Source of the DNA: Vicinamibacterales bacterium
GTDB taxonomy: Bacteria; Acidobacteriota; Vicinamibacteria; Vicinamibacterales; CAVVIG01
Reading direction: 5' to 3'
Length of the DNA stretch: 64,000 bases
Assembly (NCBI GenBank): GCA_050249955.1
Contig: JBFWPN010000009.1
Span: 126,529 to 190,528 of the forward strand
Below, one piece after another: positions 27,826-37,908 of the stretch; within the stretch, counting starts at the first letter, position 1; each line of letters opens with the position of its first letter. Made by a program: the position numbers and the translations under genes. The notes under the pieces were generated by a model. That model did no database searches and was not told where the DNA came from. It was given only the letters and a program-made list of their open reading frames with translations.

Positions 27826-29840
27826 GGAGCCGTTCGGGCCGGCGAGGCGACGGCCCGGAAACGGGCCGTGAACCAGAACTCCGCGCCCTCGCCTTCGCGG
27901 CTGTTGACGCCGATCTGCCCGTCCATCAGTCCCACCAGCTCCTTCGAGATCGCCAGCCCGAGACCCGTGCCGCCGTACTTGCGGGTGACCGACCCGGACA
28001 GCTGGCTGAACTTCGAGAAGAGCAGGCCGGTCTTGTCGGCCGGGATGCCGATGCCGGTGTCGGTGACCGAGAACCGGAGCGTGGCCCCGCCCACCCCGCT
28101 CGACGCCACGCCCACGCGCACGCGGACCGAACCCTGCGCGGTGAACTTGATGGCGTTGCCCACGAGGTTTGTCAGGACCTGGCGCAGCCGCTTCGGGTCG
28201 CCATTCAGGTGGCGCGGCACCGCGGGGTCGGCGGCCACGGTGAGCATCAGCCCCTTCTGGCTGGCGCTCGTCGAAAGCGCCTGCGCGAGATCGTCGAGCA
28301 CGCCGTCGAGTTCGAAGTCGATGGCCTCGAGCGAGACGCGTCCCGCCTCGATCTTCGAGATGTCGAGGATGTCGTCCAGCAGGTCGCGGAGCTGGCGTCC
28401 CGCAGTCTGCGACATCGTGACGAACTCACGCTGCTCGTCGTCCAGCGGCGTGTCGAGCAGCAGTTCGGTGAGCCCGAGCACGGCGTGCAGCGGTGTCCGG
28501 ATCTCGTGGCTCATGTTCGCCAGGAACTCGCTCTTGGCGCGGTTGGCGGCCTCCGCCTGCTCGGCGAGGCTCGCCAGTCTGGAGGCGGTCTCCTTCTCGG
28601 CCGTGATGTCCCAGTTCGTCCCGACGATGCGTACGGGTGAGCCGGCGCTGTCGCGTGCAATCAGCGCGTTGGCGCGCAGGTGACGGACGGTGCCGTCCGG
28701 CCGCACGATCCGGTAGTCGGACTCGTACTCGCTGGCGTGCGACAGTGCGTGGTGAATCCCCTCGACGGCCCGCTGCCGGTCGTCCGGGTGCACGCGTGAC
28801 GACCAGTCCTCCTCGAGGCCGTGGAAGTCTGCCGCGCTGATGCCGTAGAGCGCGAGCATCTGCTCGTCCCAGATCAACCGCGGACCATGCAGGTCCACTT
28901 CCCAGATCCCCACGTTGCCCGCCTTGATGGCGAGCGACAGGCGCTCGCTCACCAGCTCGAGGTCGTGCATGGCCTTGCGGCGCTCGGTGATGTCGCGGAT
29001 GAGGCTGTGCACCAGCGTCCTGCCCTCGATCACCACGCGACGCGCGCTCACCTCCACCGGGAAGTGCGAGCCGTCCTTCCGGTAGTGATCGGCCTGGAAC
29101 ACGATGGAGCCGTCGGTGCGCAGGTTCGAGATCTGCCCCGACACCTGCTCGGCGTCGGCCCGGCGCAGCACGCGGACGTCGAGGCCGACCAGTTCGTCGC
29201 GCGTGTAGCCGTAGGCTTCCACCGCACGGTCGTTGCATTGGAGGATGCGTCCGCTCGGGTCGAACACCAGCTCGATGTCGTTCAGGTCGAGGCGCAGGGC
29301 ACGCAGGAAGCGGACCTCATGGCGGAGGGTCTTGCCGTAGACCACCCATCCGACCAGGCCGTACACGATCGCGAACAGTCCGGCATTTGCCGCGCCTGCC
29401 GAGACGCCTGCCTGCAGGGTCACGACGGCGAAGCAGGCGGTGACGGCCGTCACAATGGCGGTGAGCACTGTCAGTTCGTTGAACAGGGCTGCCGACCAGG
29501 CGACGAACGCCCCGAACATCATCAGGAGCGCCACCGCGTCGGTCCCGGTCAGGGCCGCGCCGATCGCGCATGACAGCACCGGGGCAATACCCGCCGGAAA
29601 CACCCATGTCAGGCGTCCTGCGGTCCGTGTCAGAAAGACCTGCGTGACAGCGGCCAGGCAGAGGACCAGGATGCCGGCGAGCGCCTCGATCCTGCGACCG
29701 GGCGGCGCCGCCCAGGCGACGACCAGCAGGGCCGGCGGCGCCACCAGCGCGTACAGCACGAGCACGAGACGTCGACGGCTCTCGTGGTCGTCGTCGAGCG
29801 TGGCTGTGCCGAACAGGCTGTCCAGGGCGCCATCCGTCAT
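27822..29840 (-). CDS. Membrane-bound PAS-PAS sensor histidine kinase
   Basis: N-terminal TM helices, two PAS/PAC units, H-box FLANMSHEIRTPL, NLVGNAIKFT, DTGIGI, GGTGLGLAI. Confidence 0.9.
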   Translation of the reverse strand: MTDGALDSLFGTATLDDDHESRRRLVLVLYALVAPPALLVVAWAAPPGRRIEALAGILVLCLAAVTQVFLTRTAGRLTWVFPAGIAPVLSCAIGAALTGTDAVALLMMFGAFVAWSAALFNELTVLTAIVTAVTACFAVVTLQAGVSAGAANAGLFAIVYGLVGWVVYGKTLRHEVRFLRALRLDLNDIELVFDPSGRILQCNDRAVEAYGYTRDELVGLDVRVLRRADAEQVSGQISNLRTDGSIVFQADHYRKDGSHFPVEVSARRVVIEGRTLVHSLIRDITERRKAMHDLELVSERLSLAIKAGNVGIWEVDLHGPRLIWDEQMLALYGISAADFHGLEEDWSSRVHPDDRQRAVEGIHHALSHASEYESDYRIVRPDGTVRHLRANALIARDSAGSPVRIVGTNWDITAEKETASRLASLAEQAEAANRAKSEFLANMSHEIRTPLHAVLGLTELLLDTPLDDEQREFVTMSQTAGRQLRDLLDDILDISKIEAGRVSLEAIDFELDGVLDDLAQALSTSASQKGLMLTVAADPAVPRHLNGDPKRLRQVLTNLVGNAIKFTAQGSVRVRVGVASSGVGGATLRFSVTDTGIGIPADKTGLLFSKFSQLSGSVTRKYGGTGLGLAISKELVGLMDGQIGVNSREGEGAEFWFTARFRAVASPARTAP

Positions 29841-29848
29841 GGCGGACC

Positions 29849-30139
29849 TCAGGCGTCGGGGTCGATCGGGCGCGGCCGCCACAGCACGGCGATCTTCCCG
29901 ACGGTGGTCACCAGGGCCGCGTCGGTGCGCTCGCAGAGCCGCTCGATCAGCGCGGCACGTGCCTCGCGATCCTCGCCGCCCACCCGCACCTTCACGAGCT
30001 CATGCGCGGTGAGCGCACGGTCCGCCTCGAGAATCACGGCATCGGTCAGCCCCGCATGCCCCACGTGCACGATCGGTTCGAGTGCATGGGCGCGCCCCTT
30101 CAGGGACGAACGTTCACGAGGGGTGAGATGCACGGGCAT
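29849..30139 (-). CDS. yhbY: Ribosome-assembly RNA-binding protein YhbY (CRS1/YhbY)
   Basis: LKGRAHALEP..HVG..GLT...ALTAHELVKVR...VGKIAVLWR. Confidence 0.9.
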   Translation of the reverse strand: MPVHLTPRERSSLKGRAHALEPIVHVGHAGLTDAVILEADRALTAHELVKVRVGGEDREARAALIERLCERTDAALVTTVGKIAVLWRPRPIDPDA

Positions 30140-30198
30140 GTCCCGATTGTACGACGCACGCTCGGGCGGCGGGGCCCCCTGCACGGCCCTGCACCGGG

Positions 30199-31557
30199 TC
30201 AGCCTGCGGGTGGTGCGGGCGCCTGCGGCAGGCGCCCGTGCGCCGGCCTCCAGGTGCGTGTCATCGCCAGCAGGCCGATCGCCAGCCAGGCCCCGGCCAC
30301 GATCCTGGCGAGCGGTGCGGCCTCGACGATGACCCAGATGGTGGTGAGGGCACCACCCAGGGGCATCAGCGAGTCGAGCCCCGTTGACCGGCCGCGGCGG
30401 CGGACGACGAAGTAGCCGACGACCGACGCATGCAGCAGCGTGAACGCGGCCAGTGCGCCGAGGTCCACGATCGAGACCAGCACGTCCAGGCCATCGTCTC
30501 GACGTGCGGCCCAGACCGAGACGGCCAGTGTCAGCAGCGCCGCGGTGTCGAGCGCCGTGCCCGGCACGCCGTGCCGGGCGTCCACGCGGGCGAGCACCGC
30601 CGGCAGCCGTCCCTCGCGCGCCATGCCGAAGAGGAGGCGGGCCGCCGCGGCCTGCGCCGTCATCGCCGCGAAGGCGGGGCCCACCGCCTTCGTGACGGCG
30701 AGCACCGTGGCCATCCACGGCCCGATGGCCAGACGCGCCAGGTCGTAGAAGGCGCCGCCCTGGCGGGCCGGTGCCGCGGCCAGTTCGCCGGGCGAAACCG
30801 GGCTGACGAGTGCGCCGAGCCAGGTCTGTGCCACGAAGAGGCATCCGGCCAGGCCGAGGCACGTGGCGATCGCGCGGCCGATGTGCCGGGGTTCGCCGGC
30901 GTTCTCCTCGGCGAACGAGGCGATGGCGTCGAACCCGAGGAACGAGAGCACCGCCACCGACACGGCACCGATCACCGGTGCGGGGGTGAACGGCCCCAGG
31001 CCTGTCAGCGGTGAGAGCCACGGCCGCGCGGCACCGTGCCGCAGCAGGACGGACGCGGCGGCGGCGACGAAGACGATGAGCACGACGATCTCGGCGACGA
31101 CGACCGCCGTGCCCACCCGTGCGGCCACCGCCACCCCCGCGCGGTTGAGCGTCGTCGTCACCGCGAAGGCGACGAGCGTGAACACCCAGGCCGGCACCGA
31201 CGGCGCGAGCGCGTGAAGGGCGATCCCGGAGAACAGGTAGGCCACGGACGGAATGAGCAGGTAGTCGAGCATCGCCAGCCAGCCGGCCAGGAAGCCGGCG
31301 TGGGGACCGATCCCCTCCGACGCATAGGCGAACACCGACCCGGCGCGCGGTACGGCCGCGGACATGCGCGCGTAGGACCACGCGGTGAAGCCCATGGCCA
31401 CGGTGGCGAGCAGGTAGACGAGGGCGACGGCGCCGTTGGTGCGCGCGTCGAGGACACCGAAGACGCCGACCGGTGCGAGCGGCCCGATGAAGAGCAGCCC
31501 GTAGACGACGAGGTCGCGCAGCGAGAGGTGACGGCGCAGGGCGTGGGCGGCGGACAC
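30199..31557 (-). CDS. APC-family amino acid/polyamine permease (PuuP/PlaP-like)
   Basis: About 12 TM helices; AGSVFAYA, GWLAMLDY, LSFLGFDAI...AEE, ARLLFGMAREG. Confidence 0.87.
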   Translation of the reverse strand: MSAAHALRRHLSLRDLVVYGLLFIGPLAPVGVFGVLDARTNGAVALVYLLATVAMGFTAWSYARMSAAVPRAGSVFAYASEGIGPHAGFLAGWLAMLDYLLIPSVAYLFSGIALHALAPSVPAWVFTLVAFAVTTTLNRAGVAVAARVGTAVVVAEIVVLIVFVAAAASVLLRHGAARPWLSPLTGLGPFTPAPVIGAVSVAVLSFLGFDAIASFAEENAGEPRHIGRAIATCLGLAGCLFVAQTWLGALVSPVSPGELAAAPARQGGAFYDLARLAIGPWMATVLAVTKAVGPAFAAMTAQAAAARLLFGMAREGRLPAVLARVDARHGVPGTALDTAALLTLAVSVWAARRDDGLDVLVSIVDLGALAAFTLLHASVVGYFVVRRRGRSTGLDSLMPLGGALTTIWVIVEAAPLARIVAGAWLAIGLLAMTRTWRPAHGRLPQAPAPPAG

Positions 31558-31786
31558 GGGGCTCGATCATAGGCCGGGAAGGGCGGAAGGGGCCGCGCGG
31601 CATCGGCCGGCCGGACGCACGAGGCCTCGCCGGACGATCCGCACAGTCTACGCGCCTGTCCGTCCACCGTTGTGTCCCCAGATCTGGTTCCCTGAGTTTC
31701 GGCGTGGCGTCGCCGTCCCGCCTGCCCGGATACTGCCCGCCTCGCTCTGACCGGTTCGGCCACGACATCGATTTGGAGGTAGGTCC

Positions 31787-34633
31787 ATGACGATCGTTCG
31801 CTCCGCCTGCAGGTGCCTGCTGCAGGCCGTCCTCGCGCTGCTCCTCTTCGCGCCCGTGGCATCCGCCCAGAGCGTGATCTCCGGCCTCGTGCGCGACACC
31901 AGCGGTGCCGTGCTGCCCGGTGTGTCGGTCGAGGCCAGCAGCCCCGTGCTCATCGAGAAGGTGCGCAGCGTGGTCACCGACGAGCAGGGGCGCTACACCA
32001 TCGTCGACCTCCGGCCCGGCATCTACAAGGTGCTCTTCTCGCTGTCGGGCTTCGCCTCGCTGGAGCGCGAGGGGCTCGACCTGCCGGCGAACTTCACCGC
32101 CACGGTGAACGCCGAGCTGAAGGTCGGCGCCCTCGAAGAGACCGTCACGGTGTCGGGCAGCTCGCCGATCGTCGACGTCCAGAGCTCGCAGACGACGATC
32201 AACCTGAAGCGCGACGTGCTCGACGCCCTGCCAACCGCCCGGACCTACGCGGCAGAAGGCTCGCTCGCCATCGGCGTGAAGGTGAACTCGCAGAACGTCG
32301 GCGGCGCGCGCATCGCCGCGCAGCAGCGCCTGCTCGTGCACGGCGCCAACGCGGCCGACAACACCATTTCGGTCGACGGCATGCCGATGATGTCGTTCTA
32401 CTCGAACGGAGAGACGCAGCCGAACCACAACGACTCGATGACGCAGGAAGTGACCGTGCAGACCGTCGCGCCCGGCGCCGAGGTCTCGGGCGGCGGCGTG
32501 TTCATCAACCTGGTGCCCAAGGAAGGCGGCAACACGATCAGCGGGTCGAACTTCTTCGGCTACACGGGCAGCGGCTTCCAGAGCACCAACCTGGACGACG
32601 ATCTCCGTGCGCGGGGGCTGCGGATTGGCGACGGCGTCGATCTGATCTACGACTTCAACGCGTCGCTCGGCGGGCCGATCAAGCGCGACCGCCTCTGGTT
32701 CTTCGGGTCCTATCGCAACATCGGCAACGCCAACATCGTCGCCAACAGCTTCTACCCGGATGGTCGCCCGGGCCTGTACGACCAGGACGCGCAGAACTAC
32801 ACCGTGCGCCTCACCTGGCAGGCGGCCCGCAACCAGAAGATCACCGCCTACATCGACCGCGTGTTCAAGATGGTGAACCACGCGTTCACCTCGGGTGAGG
32901 AGATCACGCAGGCCTCGAAGGTGTGGCCCTCGCCGCTCTACTACACCGGTGCGGTGAAGTGGTCGTCGCCGGTGAGCAGCAAGCTGCTGCTGGAGGCTGG
33001 CTTCGGCGCTAGCGTGAACGGCATCTCGATGATCTACCAGCCCGGCGTCGCCAAGGAGCGAGGCACGGCGGAGTGGTATGCGAGTGCGTCGCGGCAGGAC
33101 ATCGCGCTGGGCACCCGCACCGTGGCCGGTACCCCCGAGAACTGGGCCTATCCGCCGGTCTACATTGCGACCGCGTCCGCCTCGTACGTCACGGGCTCGA
33201 ACACGCTGAAGGTGGGCGTCGTCAACCGGCAGGGGCCGTACCGGATCAACGCCAACGCCAACGCCGACCTCATTCAGCGCTACCGGAACGGCGTGCCCGA
33301 CTCGGTGATCGTCTACAACACGCCGGTCCGCACGAAGCAGGAGATCAACTGGGATCTCGGCATGTACGTCCAGGACTCGTGGACCTACAAGCGGCTCACC
33401 CTGAACCCCGGCGTCCGCTTCGAGTACTTCAATGCCAGCATCAACGCCATGGAGGTCGAGGCCGGGCGGTTCGTGCCGTTCCGTTCCTTCCCCGAGCAGA
33501 AGGATCTGCCGAAGTGGTTCGATGTCGCGCCCCGCTTCGGCGTGGTGTACGACCTCACCGGCGACGCGAAGACCGCCCTCCGGTTCGGGCTGAACCGCTA
33601 CAACGTCACCTACTCGAACAACGCCACTGCGCGGTACGACCCGCTCGTGATCCAGAGCGACACGCGCAACTGGGCCGACTGCGACTACCTGCCCGGCACC
33701 TCCACCTGCTCGGGGCGAGTCCTGGCCACCAACCGTGACGGCATCGCGCAGGACAACGAGATCGGCCCGGTCGTGACCCCCTTCGGCCTCAACCGCTTCG
33801 CCGACCCGAACCGGCAGCGCGACTACAACATCCAGTACAACTTCGGCGTCGACCGGCAGCTGTTCGATGGCGTGTCGCTCACCTTCGCCACCTTCCGGCG
33901 CACCTGGTACGACATGCCGATTACGCAGAACCAGCTGGTCGATCCGGACACCGACTACACCCCCTTCCAGACCACGAACCCGCTCACCGGCCAGCCGATG
34001 ACCCTCTACAACCTGAATCCGGCCAAGGCGGGCCAGGCGCGCCTCTGGGACACCACGAGTCAGGACCGCGGCAAGACGAGCAAGAGCTACGTCGGCTACG
34101 AGCTCACGTTCAACGCGCGGCTGCCGCGCGGCGCGTCGCTGATGGCCGGCTGGCTGGGCGACCGCACGGTCACCAACTCCTGCGAGCAGATGGATCCGAA
34201 CCTGCGCTACAACTGCGACCAGACGCAGTTCGACATCCCGCTGCGGCACGACTTCAAGCTGGTGGGCACCTACCCGATTCCGCTCGGCATCCAGCTCGGG
34301 GCGGTCTACCAGAGCTACGCCGGTGTCGCGGCGCCGGTGACCTGGGCCGTGCCGGCCTCGGTCTTCCCGAACGGTCGCCGCACGCAGGCCGTTACGGTTA
34401 CCATCAGCGACCCCGGTGCGGTGTACCTCGACCGCTGGAACCAGCTCGACCTGAGCGTCCGGCGTGCCTTCCGCATCGGCAAGGTGAGCATCGATGGCAG
34501 CCTCGACATGTTCAATGCCCTGAACGGCAACGTGGTGCTCACCCGGAACAACCAGTTCGGCACGGCGCTCAACACGCCGCAGAGCATCCTCCAGCCCAGG
34601 CTGTTCCGCATCTCGAGCACGATGAAGTTCTGA
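31787..34633 (+). CDS. TonB-dependent receptor with an N-terminal carboxypeptidase-regulatory-like domain
   Basis: ISGLVRDTSGAVLPGVSVEASSP, ETVTVSG, SLGGPIKRDRLWFF, YVQDSW, APRFG; C-terminal PRLFRISSTMKF. Confidence 0.9.
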   Translation: MTIVRSACRCLLQAVLALLLFAPVASAQSVISGLVRDTSGAVLPGVSVEASSPVLIEKVRSVVTDEQGRYTIVDLRPGIYKVLFSLSGFASLEREGLDLPANFTATVNAELKVGALEETVTVSGSSPIVDVQSSQTTINLKRDVLDALPTARTYAAEGSLAIGVKVNSQNVGGARIAAQQRLLVHGANAADNTISVDGMPMMSFYSNGETQPNHNDSMTQEVTVQTVAPGAEVSGGGVFINLVPKEGGNTISGSNFFGYTGSGFQSTNLDDDLRARGLRIGDGVDLIYDFNASLGGPIKRDRLWFFGSYRNIGNANIVANSFYPDGRPGLYDQDAQNYTVRLTWQAARNQKITAYIDRVFKMVNHAFTSGEEITQASKVWPSPLYYTGAVKWSSPVSSKLLLEAGFGASVNGISMIYQPGVAKERGTAEWYASASRQDIALGTRTVAGTPENWAYPPVYIATASASYVTGSNTLKVGVVNRQGPYRINANANADLIQRYRNGVPDSVIVYNTPVRTKQEINWDLGMYVQDSWTYKRLTLNPGVRFEYFNASINAMEVEAGRFVPFRSFPEQKDLPKWFDVAPRFGVVYDLTGDAKTALRFGLNRYNVTYSNNATARYDPLVIQSDTRNWADCDYLPGTSTCSGRVLATNRDGIAQDNEIGPVVTPFGLNRFADPNRQRDYNIQYNFGVDRQLFDGVSLTFATFRRTWYDMPITQNQLVDPDTDYTPFQTTNPLTGQPMTLYNLNPAKAGQARLWDTTSQDRGKTSKSYVGYELTFNARLPRGASLMAGWLGDRTVTNSCEQMDPNLRYNCDQTQFDIPLRHDFKLVGTYPIPLGIQLGAVYQSYAGVAAPVTWAVPASVFPNGRRTQAVTVTISDPGAVYLDRWNQLDLSVRRAFRIGKVSIDGSLDMFNALNGNVVLTRNNQFGTALNTPQSILQPRLFRISSTMKF

Positions 34634-34641
34634 CGGAGACG

Positions 34642-36747
34642 ATGATGAAACGTTACTTCGCGTGGGGAGCGGCCTGCGCCGCAGCGCTACTCGGTCTTGC
34701 CGAGATCCGCCTGCCGGCCCAGGGTGCCCGGCCGACGATGACGGGGAATGCGAACGGGGAGTGGCCCTCGTACGGGGCCGACCTCGCGAGCACGCACTAC
34801 TCACCGCTCGACCAGGTCTCCGCCAGCAACTTCAACTCGCTGGAGGTGGCCTGGCGGTTCAAGACCGACAGCCTCGGTCCGCGGCCCGAGTACAAGCTCG
34901 AGGGGACGCCGCTCATGGTGAACGGCGTGCTCTACACCACCGGCGGCACACGGCGCACGGCCATCGCGCTCGACCCACGGACCGGTGAGCTGATGTGGGC
35001 CCACAGCCTGCGCGAGGGGGCGAGGGCGGCAGCCTCGCCGCGGCAGCTCTCGGGGCGTGGCGTCGCCTACTGGACCGACGGTCGTGACGAACGGATCCTC
35101 TACATCACCATCGGCTACCAGCTCGTGGAGCTGGATGCCAGGACCGGCGGCCCCGTGCTCTCCTTCGGGACCAACGGCGTGGTCGACCTGAAGGACGTGG
35201 CCGTCTTCGGCAACCGCCAGCCGATCGACAAGGTGAACGGCGAGATCGGGGTGCACCAGACGCCGACGGTCACCCGGAGCGGCGTCGTGCTGATCGGCTC
35301 GTCGTTCCGTGAGGGCGGCACGCCGAAGACGCACAACAACACGAAGGGGATGGTGCAGGCCTTCGACGTGAAGACCGGCAAGCGGCTCTGGGTCTTCAAC
35401 ACCATCCCGCGGCCCGGTGAGTTCGGCAACGACACCTGGCTGAACGACTCCTGGGCGGTGAACGGCAACGTCGGGGTGTGGAACCAGATCAGTGTCGACG
35501 AGGATCTCGGCCTTGCCTACCTGCCGGTCGAGACCCCGTCGTCCGACTTCTACGGCGGGCATCGTCCCGGCAACAACCTCTTCGCCGACTCGCTCGTCGC
35601 CGTGGACATCCGGACCGGGCAGCGCAAGTGGCACTACCAGCTGGTGCACCACTCGCTCTGGAACTTCGACGTCTCGACCGCGCCCATCCTCGCGGACATC
35701 GTCGTCAACGGCAAGCCGATCAAGGCGGTGTTCGTGATGACGAAGGCCGCGATGATGTACGTCTTCGACCGGGTCACCGGCCAACCGGTCTGGCCGATCA
35801 ACGAGATCCCGGTGCCCAGGGGGCACGTCCCCGGTGAGTGGTACTCGCCGACGCAGCCGTATCCCACGAAGCCGAAGGCGTACGACCTGCAGGGAGTGGA
35901 AGAACACGCGCTCATCGACTTCACCCCGGAACTCCGCGCCGAGGCGGTGAAGATGATGGCCAGGTACCAGATGGGACCGATCTTCACGCCGCCGCCACTG
36001 AGCAAGGTGGAGGGACCGATTGCGGGCTTCCGTTCATCGGGTGGCACCAACTGGCCGGGTGGCTCGTACGACCCGGAGACCCACATGGCGTACGTCCCCT
36101 CGTACAAGTCGTTCCCGGTCGTGGCGCTCATGAAGCCGCCGAGCCGGGAGTTCAGCGACATCGACTACGTGTCGGGTCTGGCCGATCGCGGGGTGCGCTA
36201 CATCTCGGGACCTGGCGAGGACGCCGGCGCCGATGCGCTCCTCGCGCGTGCTGCACGTCCGGCCGGGACCACGCCGCCCGCGGCCTCGGAAGGGGGCGGA
36301 GGAGGTCTCAACCCCTCAGGCCTGCCGCTCCTGAAGCCGCCCTACGGGCAGCTCAATGCCATCAACATGGACACCGGCGACATCGTCTGGCAGACGCCGC
36401 ACGGCGAGACGCCGGACGCCGTGCGCAACAGCCCCGTGTTGCGCGGCCTGAACATCCCGCGTACGGGCCAGGCCGTGGCCGTCGGCGCGCTCGTGACCAG
36501 GACGCTCGTCATCATGGGCGAGGGGCAGGCGACGACGCCCCAGGGACGCGCGCGGGGTGCGATGCTGCGCGCCTACGACAAGGCCACCGGCAAGGAGGTT
36601 GGTGCCGTGCTGATGTCTGCCCCGCAGAGCGGCACGCCGATGACCTACCGGTTCGAGGGGCGGCAGTACATCATCGTGCCGATCAGCGGCGGCAGCGCCT
36701 CGGGTGAGTACGTCGCCTACGCGCTGCCACAGGCGGCCGGACGCTAG
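34642..36747 (+). CDS. PQQ-dependent dehydrogenase (quinoprotein glucose dehydrogenase-like), secreted
   Basis: WPSYGAD...HYSPLDQ, TPLMVNG, LSGRGVAYW, GNNLFADSLVAVD, WHYQLVHH..WNFD, PMTY...GRQYI. Confidence 0.88.
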   Translation: MMKRYFAWGAACAAALLGLAEIRLPAQGARPTMTGNANGEWPSYGADLASTHYSPLDQVSASNFNSLEVAWRFKTDSLGPRPEYKLEGTPLMVNGVLYTTGGTRRTAIALDPRTGELMWAHSLREGARAAASPRQLSGRGVAYWTDGRDERILYITIGYQLVELDARTGGPVLSFGTNGVVDLKDVAVFGNRQPIDKVNGEIGVHQTPTVTRSGVVLIGSSFREGGTPKTHNNTKGMVQAFDVKTGKRLWVFNTIPRPGEFGNDTWLNDSWAVNGNVGVWNQISVDEDLGLAYLPVETPSSDFYGGHRPGNNLFADSLVAVDIRTGQRKWHYQLVHHSLWNFDVSTAPILADIVVNGKPIKAVFVMTKAAMMYVFDRVTGQPVWPINEIPVPRGHVPGEWYSPTQPYPTKPKAYDLQGVEEHALIDFTPELRAEAVKMMARYQMGPIFTPPPLSKVEGPIAGFRSSGGTNWPGGSYDPETHMAYVPSYKSFPVVALMKPPSREFSDIDYVSGLADRGVRYISGPGEDAGADALLARAARPAGTTPPAASEGGGGGLNPSGLPLLKPPYGQLNAINMDTGDIVWQTPHGETPDAVRNSPVLRGLNIPRTGQAVAVGALVTRTLVIMGEGQATTPQGRARGAMLRAYDKATGKEVGAVLMSAPQSGTPMTYRFEGRQYIIVPISGGSASGEYVAYALPQAAGR

Positions 36748-36805
36748 CATCCACGCGCTCGCGTCCGAGGGACGCGGGCGCCGACGAGGTCGAAAGGTGG
36801 CGGAC

Positions 36806-37900
36806 ATGCGCAGGCAGATGCGGACGGCGGGGGCGGCACTGGGCGCGATCGTGGCGCTGGTCATGGCCTCGGAGGCGTGGCTGGTCGCGCAGATCGCGAA
36901 CAACCCCTACAAGGTGAACTACAACTGGGACAAGCTCGAGGGGCGGAAGATCGGGGTCGCCAGCGGCATCCGCCCCGATCCCGACGGGAAGCACCTGTGG
37001 ATCCTGGACCGCTGCGGGTCGAATGGCTGCGCCGAGTCGAACCTGGATCCCATCATCCAGGTGGACATGGACGGCCGGTTCGTGAAGAGCTTCGGCAAGG
37101 GGATCATGAACTTCCCCCATGGCTTCTTCATCGACCGCGAGGGGTTCATCTGGGTGACCGACGGGGCGGCGAACGGTGACGCGCGCGGCACCGCCGGCTT
37201 CAAACAGGGAAAGGGGCACCAGGTCTACAAGTTCAGTCCCGATGGACAGGTGGTGATGCGGCTCGGCGTCGCCGGACAGCCCGGCGCGGACGAGACCCAC
37301 TTCAACGGACCCACCGGCGTGGTGGTGGCCGCCAACGGCGACATCTGGGTGACTGACGGTCACGGTGGCAACGGCGTCGGCCCGAACAAGGACAACATGT
37401 ACCGCTCGCGCGGCGGGAACAACCGCCTCGTGCGCTTCAACAAGGACGGCAGGTTCCTCAAGCAGTTCGGTGGCGGCGTCGGCTCGGAAGGCTTCCTGCC
37501 GCTCCAGTTCAACGACCCGCACGACCTGGCGATTGACGCCGACGGCCGGCTCTACGTCGCCGACCGTGGCAACCAGCGGATCCAGGTGCTCGACTCCGAA
37601 GGGCGGTTCATCACGCGCTGGACGCAGTTCGGGAAGCCGAGCGCCATTGCCATCGACACCAAGGGGAACATCTACGTGGCCGACGGCATGTCCGACGAGA
37701 GCTGGAACCCCGGCTGGGAGCGCGGCATCCGCATCGGCGACCTGAAGACCGGCTGGCTGAAGGCGTTCATTCCCGACGAGGAGTTCACGCGCGGTGCCGG
37801 CACCGAGTTCGTCGGTGTCGATGCACGCGGGCGGATCTTCTCGGGTGCGAGTGGCCGTCCCGGACTCGTGGTCCACGAACTCGCCCGTCCGCTGTTCTAG
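36806..37900 (+). CDS. NHL-repeat protein (peptidyl-alpha-hydroxyglycine lyase-like)
   Basis: FPHG.FID..G.IWVTD, GHQVYKF, FNGPT, FNDPHDLA, YVADRGNQRIQV. Confidence 0.82.
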   Translation: MRRQMRTAGAALGAIVALVMASEAWLVAQIANNPYKVNYNWDKLEGRKIGVASGIRPDPDGKHLWILDRCGSNGCAESNLDPIIQVDMDGRFVKSFGKGIMNFPHGFFIDREGFIWVTDGAANGDARGTAGFKQGKGHQVYKFSPDGQVVMRLGVAGQPGADETHFNGPTGVVVAANGDIWVTDGHGGNGVGPNKDNMYRSRGGNNRLVRFNKDGRFLKQFGGGVGSEGFLPLQFNDPHDLAIDADGRLYVADRGNQRIQVLDSEGRFITRWTQFGKPSAIAIDTKGNIYVADGMSDESWNPGWERGIRIGDLKTGWLKAFIPDEEFTRGAGTEFVGVDARGRIFSGASGRPGLVVHELARPLF

Positions 37901-37908
37901 CCACGACG

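Noticed and set aside
29849..34804. 1651-aa minus-strand ORF
   Set aside because: Shadow of the TonB receptor and permease genes caused by GC-rich codon bias. Only its last 96 codons (YhbY) are a real gene.
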